This document shows, one piece after another, positions 17,701 to 30,136 of a stretch of DNA of 64,000 nucleotides (positions within the stretch are counted from its first letter, which is position 1; each line of letters opens with the position of its first letter). The notes below the pieces were generated by a model that was not told the origin of the DNA, did not search any database, and saw only the letters and a program-made list of their open reading frames with translations. The DNA lies in assembly GCF_963506605.1 (NCBI RefSeq), contig NC_083288.1, positions 10,540,001-10,604,000 on the forward strand. The letters run 5' to 3'. A program made the position numbers and the translations under genes. The stretch is from Zootoca vivipara. Lineage: Eukaryota.

Positions 17701-19290
17701 ACCCAAAATTACCTTGCTTAGATCTTTGTTTTTATCACTTGCTTCTTTTCAAGTTGGATGATGCAATAGTTGCCAAAGAGCTGGCTTTCTCTGATTCGGA
17801 GCACTCTGATGCAGAAGTATCCTATACTGAGAATGGGACATTTAATCTCTCACGAGGTCAAACCCCCCTGACAGAGGGATCTGAAGGTGAGGGCAGCTAT
17901 TATCAAAGTTATTAATAGTTAGTTGCTACCAAATAACATACTGTATTAATCATACTGTTGCAGCTGTTGGTTGTTGGGATAAAAAAGCAAGATATCAGAA
18001 CCTCGATAAAGTGAGACCAGCCAGGTACTGTACAACACTGAAGGTTTCATAGAATCATAGAGTTGGAAGAGATCACAAGGGCCATCCAGTCCAACCCCCT
18101 GCCAAGCAGGAAACACCATCAAAGCATTCCTGACAGATGGCTGTCAAGCCTCCGCTTAAAGACCTCCAAAGAAGGAGACTCCACCACACTCCTTGGCAGC
18201 AAATTCCACTGCTGAACAGCTCTTACTGTCAGGAAGCTCTTCCTAATGTTTAGGTGGAATCTTCTTTCTTGTAGCTTGAGTCCATTGCTCCATGGTCCTA
18301 GTTTGCCTTGGTCCTGCTCTAAAAAGCTTGTAGTTTACGTTGAATGAAGCAGACAAAGATTGGTGCAGGGAGAAGTTGAGTACACTGGTCCACTGAGTGA
18401 CAGAACTTGGAATTTTATTCTTTGAAATGGGAGCTTTCAGTCCTCAGCACCTTCAGTTGAGGGCTTTCTGGTGTTAAGAGTTAGAAAGGCTTCTGCCTGT
18501 CGGATTGTTTTAAGATCCATTTGCCAATTAAGAATGCCAGGACCTAGATAGAGTTAGTTCTTTGTTCCTAAAATTCAATTCTGAGGTCTGCTGCAGTACA
18601 GAAGCTTTGTAAGTTTTCTCTCTCATGCAGAAGAGGCAGCTCAGTCAAGTATTTGGGAATAGGTTTCATAACTCTAATTTTTTACTCAAACCCCCCCCCC
18701 CCCAACATTATAGATCCCTGTGGGAAGACAATACAGTTTTAAAGAAATTATTGCCTGTTTTCTAATAGGAAGTTAGACTGCTTAGTGGTAGGCAAAGAAA
18801 CCGAGAAATGACTTTTCGCCAAACTAATTCTCTCTCAATAGACTTTGATGGCCACAGTGACCCTGAGGAATCCTTTGCCCGAGATCTTCCAGATTTCCCT
18901 TCCATCAACCCTGAGGTCACAGGTATCGATGATGAAGATGATACCAGCATAGGCATACCAAGCCTTCCCTGTCGTGTACAAGGCCAGGAAGAGCTGCGAG
19001 TTTCTCACGACCGGGAGGAAGTGACCTCAGATATCCTAGGTAACCTGCCATTAATGCACAACCTCACAGATGACTTGGCTGGCTTTGTAACCAGGGGAAT
19101 GATCCAGCTGGCCTTGTCAGGAGCCTCCCAATCTGGCTCCATGCCTGGCAACAGACGGCAGCAAAGTGCCAAGGCCTTCCTCCGGACCTCCAGCTCGGAG
19201 CTCGATACAGATGCTGAAGGAGATGACTTTGAACTGCTGGATCAGTCAGAGCTGAATCAGATGGATCCATCCAGTTCCCGCGGCCAATAA
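7597..19290 (+). CDS. RETREG3: Reticulophagy regulator 3 (FAM134C), complete 9-exon CDS, 469 aa
   Basis: Exons 7597-7853, 11819-11925, 13650-13680, 15531-15657, 16220-16304, 16629-16766, 17189-17271, 17754-17886, 18842-19290 (1410 nt, in frame). Reticulon-homology domain (LVWERPARS...SWGYVHPRLLSVPELCH...LQRLDFSVHGYMMSK) and C-terminal LIR motif DDFELL (19222-19239). Confidence 0.96.
8072..8161. mobile_element. 90-bp MITE, inverted copy of 4875-4964
   Basis: Same TIRs; perfect TSD TACCTTTC. Confidence 0.85.
8465..8607 (-). mobile_element. tRNA-Lys-derived SINE with CR1-like tail
   Basis: Minus strand reads a tRNA-Lys(CTT)-like head (...AGCTCAGTTGGTAGAG...CTCTTAATCTC...GGTTCGAGCCCCAC) followed by TTCCTGCATTGCAGGGGG...CCCTTCCAACTCT. 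Related copies at ~8178-8290, ~9025-9115, ~48447-48557. Confidence 0.75.
9807..9940. mobile_element. hAT-type palindromic MITE
   Basis: TIR CAGGCATAGGCAA...TTGCCTATGCCTG; TSD TTCTTGAG/TTCTAGAG. Confidence 0.8.
12831..12966. mobile_element. hAT-type palindromic MITE (136 bp)
   Basis: TIR CAGGCATCCCCAAACT; perfect TSD GCTTAGTA. Confidence 0.88.
13996..14213. mobile_element. Tc1/mariner (pogo/Tigger-like) MITE
   Basis: TA|CAGTAGTACCTTGGTTT...AAACCAAGGTACCACTG|TA. Confidence 0.8.
14697..15482 (-). mobile_element. L2 LINE 3' fragment (RT C-terminus) in RETREG3 intron 3
   Basis: ORF 14844-15482: RLNPDKTEVL...LGVILDSQLSM...VHALVISRLDYSNALYVGLP...LHWLPV; (AAT)n tail. Confidence 0.9.
18048..18292 (-). 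mobile_element. CR1 LINE 3' end
   Basis: Plus strand begins CATAGAATCATAGA (reverse of the CR1 ATTCTATG tail), followed by CR1 3' UTR/ORF2 end. Confidence 0.8.
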
Positions 19291-22200
19291 ACAGTTGTCG
19301 TCCCTTCCCTGCTGTGGCTCTTCTGTCTCATGGAGCACAGATGGAGAACCTTGTGCAGGAGTAGGATAATATCCCATTCTTTGATGTATAGCCTGATTGG
19401 GGCAAATTTGGAAGACAGTGTGAATTTTCGAACAAAACCCTTCTGGTGCAGAATCGGAAGATATTTGTTGCTGAACCTGCCATGCCCTTCACCTTTCTAG
19501 CTTGCTGTGTGTGGCACTCTTTGTTCAAAGCCAAAATGTCCCGCTGCTGTGGTTCACGTTCCAAAATGGGCCTTGGAAGACAGATCTCAGCTTGTGTTTA
19601 ATGCAACAGAAGTCAGGTAACAGGAATTGGCTCTTATTTAAAAGCCAGATAAAGAACAAGTTCTAAAATCTCTCAAGTGATGGAAGTGACTTGTGCCCAG
19701 CTGCTGATTGTAAGGAAATCTTCAGATGCAATTGAGTGTACCTCGTGTTATGTTTGTTGTATGGGACCCTGACATCTGCGAGGTATTGAAAGCAGCCTCT
19801 ATCCCCAGTAAGCATTTGCACGTAATGACCCCTAATCCATATATTTTGAACTTCTGGAGCTCTAATCTGGCTCTTCTCGCACATGATAATAGCAATAATA
19901 TTTTGGTGGGTTGGACACTCACGCAAACAGTTACACAGTCACACACACACACACACTTTACTATTAACTATTTCAGAGAAGTTCCCAGCACTAAAAATGC
20001 CCTCCACCCTGCACCATAAAGGTTTGGGCAGAAGCAACAAAAGATTTGGCTCCTAGTTACCCTCTGTCAGTCACCAAAGCCAGCACCTATGCGGGAACCA
20101 TGAACATGCTTCCTCACTAAACAGTCTGCAGTCTGTAGTGGCAAAGCTCTGTCAGTCTGACGTGTCCCTGCACTGGTCATTTGACACCCGTTTCAGAGTT
20201 CATGGATGTTTTATGCTCTCATATGGCCCCCTCTTTTTGAAGAAAACAATATTGCTACTATGAATTTTTTTTAGCCTAGGATCACAGATGAAAACTAGTA
20301 GCAAAGCCAGATTCCTAGGGCCTGCTCACCCACAATATGTGCAGTTTTGCAAGTAGAGCATAAAAGTGGGGTTCACGGCTTCAGAATATTTCATTAGAAA
20401 AAGCCTCTGATAATACAGAATGAGACTACAGTATATCATCATTTCTGTGGATCTCTGCAATCAGTATGGTGGCAGCATTGTTTTGGCTAAAAGTATTTGA
20501 AGACCAAATTTAGATTGGCTCTGTGACTGATTTATGGTACCAAATTCCTATATCTTGGTTGCCCTGTGTGGATTGCTGTGAAGATGGTGCTGTGTTCCTC
20601 TAGAATAAACCATTTACAAATGGCATCTGGATATTGCTAATGTTTTGGTGTGGATTTTCACAGGACCCCTGATACCTGTTTCTCCTTGTTAGCTATGCTG
20701 GTATGATTTTAACCAGGGTCTCAGACCTGCAAACAACCTTCCCAGAACATACTGTGTGGAGCTGGGTGCTGCAGCTAGTCAGTTGGTGATCCTGGTGCTC
20801 CATACCTTCCCTTATAGAACACCACATCCAGACTTTTTGGGTTTCTATACAAAAAGATTGGAAGAGTGTACCGTAGAAGTAATTATTCTTGGTGCAAAGC
20901 CATCCTGATAACCCTCTGTGGACTGAAGAGAGACTTGAATAAATGCTGTGCTTTTACTTTTAGTTTTATTTAAAAGGTTTCCAGCCTACGTTCACAACTT
21001 GTGAAACTGCTGAACTGAAAACCATCTTGAATACCTGCATATCCAATTAGCCTTCTAGGTTCTCATAGTTCCAGCTCAACCTGCATCCTCTTTCAGGCTC
21101 TGTAGTTAGGCGTTTACATATTTTTCTGACTTCGCATCTGAAGACCTCTGTGATACGCTGCCTATTGTTTTCTTGGCCAAGCAGTAACGTGATGTAGATG
21201 CTATATGCCTAAATAGCACGTTCTTGCAGAAAAGACTCAAGAGGGTGGTGCTTTGTATATTTGAAACAGCTTGGTTTTGGTAGCATTTGTGTGGCAATAT
21301 CATGGTGTTTAACTGCCTTTTTTAGTGTTTACAAATCAGCCAATATTGTGGAAGTTTATTGAGTAATTTGTCATCTTGCAGAAGTTTTTAAAATAAGATG
21401 CTGATAACTTTTGAGGTGGGAAACTGACGTTATTTCATTAGGTTTTGTGTTACGTGGATTAGAACAAGATTTTAGTGCAATAAAACAACCATACCTTACC
21501 CACTGTATCAGTACTGGGATGATACTTTTTTTTGTTTTTATTGAGTGTTTCTTTCTGCCCTAACTGGTGCAAAATAAAGAATTTGAGACACGCCCGGTTT
21601 CTTGGTTTCTTCAGTACTACAATTATAATACAGAGATACTGTATAATGGGGCATGGGCACACATGCAAGCCCTATCTCTAATGTCCCTAATGGACTCATT
21701 TTTAGATGTGCAAAGCTCTGCAGAGGGCAACTCCCTGTGATTGAGAACCTGGCTTCAAAATGCTTAGAAACCCTTAGCAGAACTTGAAGCTACAAGTGCA
21801 AAGGCCAATGAGGAGCCCAGGGACATTGCATGCATCCCTGCCCCTATCTAGGGGTTTTAGACATGTATGTTCAGGCAAGTTGCCTGTTTGGTTTCCATAC
21901 TATTCTATAAAATGATTCAATTACTTTCCCTGTAAGATTAGAGGAAGGAAATTCCAGATCATGGAATTTTCAAATCAGGTGTTAATGCATTTCTAGCACT
22001 CCATCTCTCATGCAGGCAGGGTTGGAATGCTTTTTAGTTGTCTCGATTATTATTTTTCTAAAACTGAGTTGAGACTTACTTGTTCTGATTTGTCCTGTTC
22101 TATCTTCACATAACTCACTTTCTACCAAAACTTCAAATCCCTACACTGAGTGCTAATGGCAGGCTTTCCTGGCTCAGATCAAGCAATAAGTAGTATTGGG

Positions 22201-22949
22201 CCACTGGCCTTGCCAGGACTGAAGATGCTTGGATTGGCTTCACTCAAGCCTCAGTTTGGAGTGAGGCCAGGTAAGTGAAAATTTGCACAGGTGCATAATA
22301 TTCAACACAAAAAAGAACAGCAAGACCACCCCCCCTCCTATAGTACTTTTAAAATGTCCTGCATAGGTTTTGTTTGGTTCTGCCAACCCACACAAAACAG
22401 GTATATTTATTTATTTTAAAAGCCTTTCTAAACCACTTCATTTTTTTGAAATCTCCAAGCGGTACTTACACTATGACCAATATTAAAAACAATATTCATT
22501 ATAACAGAAGTGCAGACGATGAATCAATAGAATGGTATGACAACATCAAAGGAAATAAAATAGATTCAGGGGGTTCATACGCATTAATCAGGGTCCAATC
22601 TTAAAGGTCAGGGAAAGGTTTAACAAAGTGCTGTCTGACAAGTAAGGTGGCAGGTTTTGGAATAAGTCTTGGCCGCACTTTCATTCCGACTACCGCAAAG
22701 TGTACGGGCTAATAAAGTTTTTTTAAAACAGAAAAAAAACAACCCTTCAAATTCCTTTCTCCTCGCCTTGCCATCGATCAAATGGTTACTTTCGTGCAAG
22801 TTAGAATAATTTCCCCATGCTGCCAGAATTTATTAAAGACTACAGGAATTACCGGTAGTGCAGTCCAGCCTTGTAAATCATTCTAAACGCCTTTTGAAAT
22901 GGTAACATCAACTCCCTGAAATTAGACAAGAGCCTGAACTTCCTTGTCT

Positions 22950-23620
22950 CCGTGGCTGCCTTTTTGCGAGCAGGCGGGTCCCCCCCGGTCCCCCCCCCCG
23001 ATTCCTGCTGAGGCCACCAGCCAGCTGCATTTACCCCGCGAAAACTGCATTTATCCTTGTTTACTCCCGCGAGCCCGGAAGCCAGGCTGTGCTTATCCAT
23101 CTACAATTATAGCTCCGTGGTTTCCCAGTACGCCCTCCCTCTCCTGGCCCGAACGCGCTCCCGGAAGCCGGGCAGGGCCTATCCATCCACAGGTATGGTT
23201 TCCACTGCGCCCGCCTTCCCGCCCTCTTAGCGGCAAGCTTCCGCTTCCGGGTTTTTCCGGTAGGGGGGTCTCCGCCGTGGCCAGGATGAGCGGAGCAGGG
23301 AAAACCCGGGAGGGAGCTGCAGGTAAGGCAGTGCGGGTGGGGAGAAAGTGGGGAATCGAGGGGGAGGCAGAGGAGGTGGGGAGAGAATGAGCGCGAGCGT
23401 ATCGCCGCTTCTAGGCCGCGGCTCGGGCCTTCCCTCCGGTCCTTTGCGTTGCTAGGCAACGTCCGGGCCTCTCGCCGCAGGCCTCCCTCGCCCGCGGAGT
23501 CCGGATCCAGGCCCCTTCTGGCGGTGTGTCCGGAGACCTGTTACCTGCTTTTTGCCTTTCTTCAGGCGCCAATTCTCCCGTTTTCTGGAAGGCCACAGAG
23601 GCTGCGTGGCGATTATTATC
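22950..23620 (+). promoter_or_regulatory. CpG-island promoter of PSMC3IP
   Basis: CpG-rich region around exon 1. Tandem ETS/GABP cores CTTCCGCTTCCGG ~23238-23251 and CCGGAAG at 23074 and 23161; RFX X-box GTTGCTAGGCAAC 23448-23460. Confidence 0.7.
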
Positions 23621-23655
<35 letters not shown>

Positions 23656-26600
23656 TTGCATTTGTATACCGTCCTTCATTTGAGGGCCGCAGGGGGCATT
23701 ACCAACTAATAATAATGATAAGTAAATAAATAAAAGAACAACAAGAACAAAACAAAACAAAATACGTAACAAAGGAACAAAAGCAAACCCATAACACCCT
23801 CCTTTAATCAGCCAAAGGTCTGGTTATGAGGAGGAGGTTGCGAGAGCTCCAGGTATAGGGCGGTATATAAATTCAATAAATAAATACACGGAGGGACATT
23901 TTCACCCGGCGCCTAAAGATGTATGATGACGACATCAGGCAAGCCTCCCCAGGAAGAGTGTCCCGCAAAGGGGGAGCCGCCGCTGAAAAGGCCCCGTTCT
24001 TGTGTTGTGTATCTCTCAAGGAGGGGTGGGGGGGCGCCCAGAGAAGGGCCTCGGGTGCTGATCATCGCAGGATCTGGGTCTGTTCATGTGATGCTGGAGC
24101 AGGTCCTTGGGATGAGCTGAACCAAGAATGGAAGCCCTCGGTCCTCTCTGTGTGTGTTTATTATTAGTTGGGGGCAACCCAAAGCAACTTGCCAACAAAG
24201 AAATAAAAAAAACTCACATTGACACATTAAAACCAGAGTGGGCGGGGGAATGCATCAATACGTATTTGTTAACCACCACCTTTCCTTCCTATATAAACAT
24301 GGCCATATACTGAGGATTCCTCCTATTCTTTCCCACTGCAGTTCTTCCCAAGTTGCTGTCATTGGCAATAGAAGGGCCTGCTTTCTGCACTCTTGATGGA
24401 ATAGCCTTGAACGCCATTTTCCTTTCTCTCCCCATCCCCATGCTCCTCTTTCATTGATTCGCACCGCGTCTTTCTGTTTCCAAAGGAGCTGGAGAAGGTG
24501 CAGCTGCCATCCTGCTACGTTACCTCCAGGAGCAGAACCGGCCTCACAGTGCTCAGGATGCCTTTGGCAACTTGCAACGAGAGCATGGCCTGGGCAAGAC
24601 GGTGAGAGAAGATCTTAGAGGTGAAGGTGTGGGGGCTGTATCATCCACCATTAGCACAAAAATAGACATGTGCATTATCTCTCAAAAGCTAAGCACATTC
24701 TGTATACCTTTCAAACGCCTCAGATTATGTTGGGTAGTCCCAGTTTGATACTGTCTTGATTTTACGCAAATCTGGCAGATATTTTGTACTTCACAATGCC
24801 GGACATTCAGTGGTGTGAACCATCCCTAAGGTAACTGACTGGCTGAGATATATACTTGTTTCTCTATAGAAGTTATAAATTCAGCTAAGTTTTGTCTGCT
24901 TACAGCAGCAGTTTCTTATCATGTTATACAGTGTAGTTGCAGCATGGGAGGTTGGCTGTAGAAAATCTCACACTGTGCTTCCTAGGATATTGGGCTCTAC
25001 AGCTCTTCCCACTTCCACAGCTTACTGATTTTTCCCTGGCTACTACTAGATAGCAGTGTGAGTTGTCAAGTACAGTATCATGCTGGACTTTAGAATTCAT
25101 GTTTAGTAAGTCTCCTTTGATGTGCAAGTATCTTGTGGGAAGGGGAGTCCTAAAAGTTGTAATTTTCAGTTTTTGTTGCTTGACAAAGATACTTGGATGC
25201 GCATACAGAAGATCAGTCTGTCCACTTCACAAATATCTTGTGAATATTTTTTTCTCAGTCCATTCTTGTTTCTTTAGGCTGTAGTGAAGGCACTAGAACA
25301 GTTGGCTCAACAAGGGAAGATCAAAGAGAAAGTGTACGGAAAGCAAAAAATTTATTTTCCAGATCAGGTAAGGGAAATGCCTTTCAAGTTCTATGGGAAG
25401 TAAATATTTGCTCACACCAGTAACTGAAGCAAACTATTAAAAAGATTTTCAACGACATCTGTGTAGGTTGAAATGTAATTGCTGGGCAGGGAAGTAGAGT
25501 TTGTGACATGGTAGCAATTTTATCCTCCGTCTCATTGGTCTTATTATGTTAATAACCCTCACGTCTTTGGTCATGCAGGATCGCTTTGGTAGTGTGAATG
25601 ACTCGGAGCTCAAAGGCCTGGACAATGAGATTTCGGAACTGTCTTGCAAAGTACAGACCCTCCAACAGAACTGTCGTCATATGGAGTCAGGTGTGTTCAG
25701 GCAGGTTCAGTCCGTCTGCTGTGCTAGCCTTTGCTGAGTGAGTGCATGTGCGATTGAGCACTTGAACAGTATGGAGCCTTTGTGATATGTTTGTATCTGA
25801 GCCATAGTACACAGAATGCCTAGAGTCCTTCCCACTGACCGATGCCATCTCAGATGTTGTAACTAGCAATTCCATTCCAGAACTGAAAGAACTGAAGGGC
25901 TCTATGACAACCCCAGAGATGGTTAAGGAGATTGAAGAGTTAAAAAAAGATTGTGCCAATTATACAGAGAAACTGGAGCGAATTAAATCTGCTGCCAATC
26001 ATGTGACTCCTGAGGAGAAAGAAAAGGTAATGGAGCTGCCAAGGGAGAGGCCATTAGTGGAGACTGGCACGGTCCAGACAGGTATAGTTCTTTCTGGGTG
26101 CCCTGCCAATCTCTGCCAGCCATACGCAGGGCCCCTAATGCTGCTGAATTTTCAGCTAGCCTCAAACACCAAAGGATGGGAGGACTCCAAAATGCATACT
26201 GTCATTCATTCATTCATTTACTTTCCTGGGATCTGGGCAGTCCCAGCACTCATCCTGTACCTAGAGCATTGAAATGGGGATAAATGTTGATTTGTCTGGA
26301 GTTGTCTGGCAATTAATCAAATCAAGGCAACCAGTGAGCACATGTTCTCAGGAGCCTTTTAGCTGTGGGGCTTGTTTGAAATTTCACCAAAGCAATTTTT
26401 GTACTATGGATGTCCTTACTCACAAGGTAAACAGTCCCCTCTGTAAAAGCACAGCTGCTTGCCATTTCTGGGATTCTTTCCCACCCAGAAAGCTTGTGCA
26501 CACTCTGTCCAACACAATTGTTGTGGTTTTGGTTCTCACATCATAGCTGGCTGCGTTCCTGGCCATTCGGTTGGGGACTGAGTGTAAGAATTGTTTTCCA

Positions 26601-28965
26601 TTTGCTTGTTGCAGGTGTACAATGAAAAGAAGCTGTATTGCAGGGAATGGCGTCGCCGGAAGAGAATGGTAAGGCAGCTTGTTTTTCATATAGGATGGAA
26701 AGAATTAATGGTGCGCACAGCCCCAAGGGCAATTTTTAAAATGCTATTGTTTAGATCAGAGGTACTACCCCTCCTCCTCCCTAACACCCCATACATGTTG
26801 TGTTGTAGTAGGTTGCCCACCTTTGGTCCCCACCCTTTACTCAGCTCTCACCTGTGACTCTTAGAAGATGTCAGCATGCAACAGTGGCCACATGCCAGGA
26901 ATGGCTTCAACTGGCTGGCTAAAGCAGGCAAGAGTGGCCAATTGGTCTCAAACCCTCTGTGAGTTAGGGACTTCCCCTGCATGAAAAGACAGGTTCCGGC
27001 GGATTGAGCGGACAAAACCAATAGTGGGTTCAAGAAGGTGGTTTCTGCATGTGCTGCAGAGGGAAGTGAGGGGAAGATGGGGCTTGTCCACCTGTGAAGG
27101 TAGCCCACCTAGGAGAAGGAAAACTCTGATCCTAAACCTCTGCTGCCTTATGAGGTATCTTTGGAAGAAAAGGCTAAATAGCAAACCCCACACAAATCCA
27201 GAGTGGAGTCCCTAAGACGGTTGGACGGCACCTTGTACGTCTCCTTCCGGCAACTCCTGCAGCCAAGCTGGTGCTGAACGTGATGCTCTCTTTTCTTTTG
27301 GACCACATCAGCAAGGTCAAGAGGGGGATCTTATCACCTGGGCTGCCCATGAGCTCAGGTTACTTTGGTGCTGCTGATGCAGAAGTTTCATCCCCAGAGG
27401 TGCACTCCATTGTCCCTCTCTTGAGAGACGGATGCCAACAATTGTTTAGTTCTGTAACTTCATCCATCCAGATGTGCATAGAATATGCTATACACATGTG
27501 ATAGGTGCTGCGCAAGTCTGGAAAAACAAAAAAGCAAGGCCCTACAATGTTCAAACTTCGTTGCCCAGTTTAATCTGGTTGCAACATCCTTGAAAATTCT
27601 CGCTCATTATGTTTATTGTCCCTGGGATTGTGCTTTCTGTTGAACACTTGCTAACCTGTGGTGGGAGCTATGAGGGGCTGTGGTTTGCATGTCGTTTTGC
27701 ACCATGTCTTCCTTGCCGAGGATCTTGCCCACACACATGAATAGTTATTTGCTTATGAAATCTCTTTTCTTCAGTTTGTTTCCTTATAACTCCTTTTAGG
27801 TTTGTAGCTGAGCGCTATACCAGACAGTCCAGTCGGCTCTTTTTTGTACAGTATTTTGAGCTAAATCTTAATTCTAGGTTTAGTCGCTATAGTCTGCTGA
27901 ACAAAACAACAGGTTCTGGTTTTTAAAAAGAGAATGCCCGGGAATTTCAAGTTTCAAGATGGCTATGAAGTTTAGACCTTTTGTATTTCTCATTGGCTCA
28001 GCATTATAATACTAAGCTAAACCTTTAGCATGATCCCGCAAGTGTGCTGATGTGATGCAAGTTTAGAAAATCACAGCTGATTTGATCCTTCCCTGCTCCT
28101 TCCACACTACCAGGAGCAAAACCATTGTTTGGATCCCCATTACTTCTGAATCTGGTCTCCAGAATGTTAAGTCAGGATCATACCTAGAAATGGAAAAACC
28201 TGGAAAAAACCCAGGGGAAACAATATTTTTTCCGTTTGTTTTTTTCTGGAAAAATGGGGGGGGCAGTTTGATATAGTTTGAATATTTCACACACTTTTCA
28301 ACATTTTTAATGGGAAAAAATGGGGGGGGGACTGATTGTTGTTTTGTTTGTTTGTTTCATTTTTTCCGGGGGTTTTCCAGGCCTTCCCATCTCTAATCCT
28401 ACCAGACTGTTGTATGCTGCACTATTAAGTACTCTGAGGAGGGTGTTCTTCAAGAGGTTGAGAAATACGGAATAGCTTGCTGCCATTGTTCCTCCCAGCT
28501 ACAACTTATAAACTCAACCGTGGCTCCTGAAATATTTAGGCTCATCTTTTTTGGGTAATTTTTGTCTGTACCATCAAGAGGGTTTGTTTCTGTCTACCTA
28601 CACTGTGGTATAATTCTGTCTTGGTTGAAGGGCCAAGTAGCCAAGTGTGTTTTGACTCTCTCCAACAGGCAACAGAGCTACTTGACGCAATCCTGGAAGG
28701 CTACCCCAAAAGCAAGAAGCAATTCTTTGTGAGTACAAACCCAACCCACCTGCCACTGAATGACATAGCCACATAACAGTGGGTTGAGCAGGCTTTTCTC
28801 GGCGAGCTCCCATAATGCATTAGTCCAACTACTGCGCAGAGGTGGGATATAGGATGCTTCTGTTTTCCTGCCCTGCATCTTAAGGAGTCTGTGTTGTCCT
28901 TTGTGCAGGAGGAAGTTGGCATTGAGACAGATGAAGATTTCAATGTTACTTTACCCACCGTCTGA
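23286..28965 (+). CDS. PSMC3IP: PSMC3-interacting protein / HOP2 (meiotic recombination factor), complete 8-exon CDS, 223 aa
   Basis: Exons 23286-23322, 24486-24601, 25278-25367, 25579-25690, 25881-26026, 26615-26668, 28669-28728, 28909-28965 (672 nt). Protein ILLRYLQEQNRPHSAQDAFGNLQREHGLGK...KEKVYGKQKIYF...EWRRRKRMATELLDAILEGYPKSKKQFFEEVGIETDED matches HOP2/TBPIP. Confidence 0.96.
26900..27480 (+). mobile_element. Non-autonomous interspersed repeat (probably RTE-related)
   Basis: Extended reverse-complement similarity to 59030-59470 (GCAACTCCTGCAGCCAAGCTGGTGC; CTCTGATCCTAAACCTC). Family assignment tentative. Confidence 0.55.
28185..28395. mobile_element. hAT-like MITE
   Basis: TIR TAGAAATGGAAAAACCTGGAAAA / TTTTCCAGGCCTTCCCATCTCTA; TSD ATCATACC/ATCCTACC. 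Confidence 0.7.
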
Positions 28966-29240
28966 ACCCCAAGGCTTCCCTGTTTTATGAAACTGTCACC
29001 TACTTAGCACTCAAGTTTCAGTCTTACATATTCCACATCGCTGTATATTTTTGAAACTACGTTTGAGTTCATTGGAGATAAGCAGACCCTGCCTACTGCA
29101 CTATTATTTCTTAGTTCCAGCACCTCTCCCCTGGCATGTCGGGCTAATTGCCATTTTGTTCTTAAAGCTGTTAGTCTCACTACACAGGACTGCTGATCAG
29201 CACTTGAGAAAATTGTCTGGGGGTGGGGTGCGGGACACAA

Positions 29241-29246
29241 AATAAA
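29241..29246 (+). terminator. Candidate PSMC3IP polyadenylation signal AATAAA
   Basis: AATAAA ~275 nt after the PSMC3IP stop, followed by T/GT-rich sequence. Confidence 0.55.
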
Positions 29247-29555
29247 ATACTTGAATTAACTCTGAAGGCTGTATCATTTTTCTCTGTTTGTAACCAGCCT
29301 GCATCCTGTATAGATGGTGTGTTGTGCATATTAAACCCTCCCAGCTCCTTTGCATTCTGTGTTTAATGCTTCTTCTGTCTGCTTTGGGGAACTTGTGCTT
29401 CGTCTAAACTATGCATTGGGAGGGGTGGCTGAATATATATATATAAATTGGCTTAGTTATAGACATATGTGGTTGAGATACCTCAGGAAGGTTCCTTTGA
29501 GATTTTAACTATAGAAATATTTTTTGCAGAGCAGCATTTGTTTGTTCGCTTAAAA

Positions 29556-29879
29556 CGGGTCAGCAAGGCTTACCGGCCATGAGCCAGATTGTCCGTGGGC
29601 CGGACCAGCACAGCGCAACACCAGAAATCATATCTGCAGCACTGGAAATCACTTCTGTGCATGCCCAGACGCCAAAAATCACACCTGTGCAGAAGCGATT
29701 TCCGGCATCTGGGCATGCGCAGAAACAATTTCTGGCGCCGCTCACCAAGTCGCTGAGTTTAGCACAGTGCGTGGGGGGATTCACCGAGCAGGCATCTCGG
29801 TTCGGGGGTGGCTCGTGGGCCGGTGAAACGGTCTTCGTGGGCCGCATCCAGCCCATGGGCCGCACGTTGCCGACCCCTG
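29556..29879. mobile_element. Non-autonomous hAT element between the PSMC3IP and MLX 3' ends
   Basis: TIR C.GGGTCAGCAA / TTGCCGACCCCTG; TSD GCTTAAAA/ACTTAAAA. Confidence 0.75.
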
Positions 29880-30130
29880 ACTTAAAAGGCTGGTGTGTTT
29901 TTAGCCTAAGATAGCCTGACTTGCGCAAGTAACACTTGGGGGTCTAGAGGATCGCTCCATCTCTCACTGAGAAGAGCAAAATGCTGGAATAACTTTAGTG
30001 CTGGAACTCTCAAGGTATTCTGGGCTGGAATGTTGTGTTGGAGAAACTCGTTTCTGAAATTTAGCTTTGTCTATGTGTGGCTGAAAACAAACAGGCAAGC
30101 ACAGTCCAGTCATTCAAACACTTAGCAAAA

Positions 30131-30136
30131 TTTATT
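30131..30136 (-). terminator. Candidate MLX polyadenylation signal AATAAA
   Basis: TTTATT on plus (AATAAA on minus) ~1 kb past the MLX stop; GT-rich sequence downstream on the minus strand. Confidence 0.5.

Noticed and set aside
22944-23285. Open frame upstream of and in frame with the PSMC3IP ATG
   Set aside because: Starts at TTG, Pro-rich promoter sequence; the ATG at 23286 matches the expected HOP2 N-terminus.
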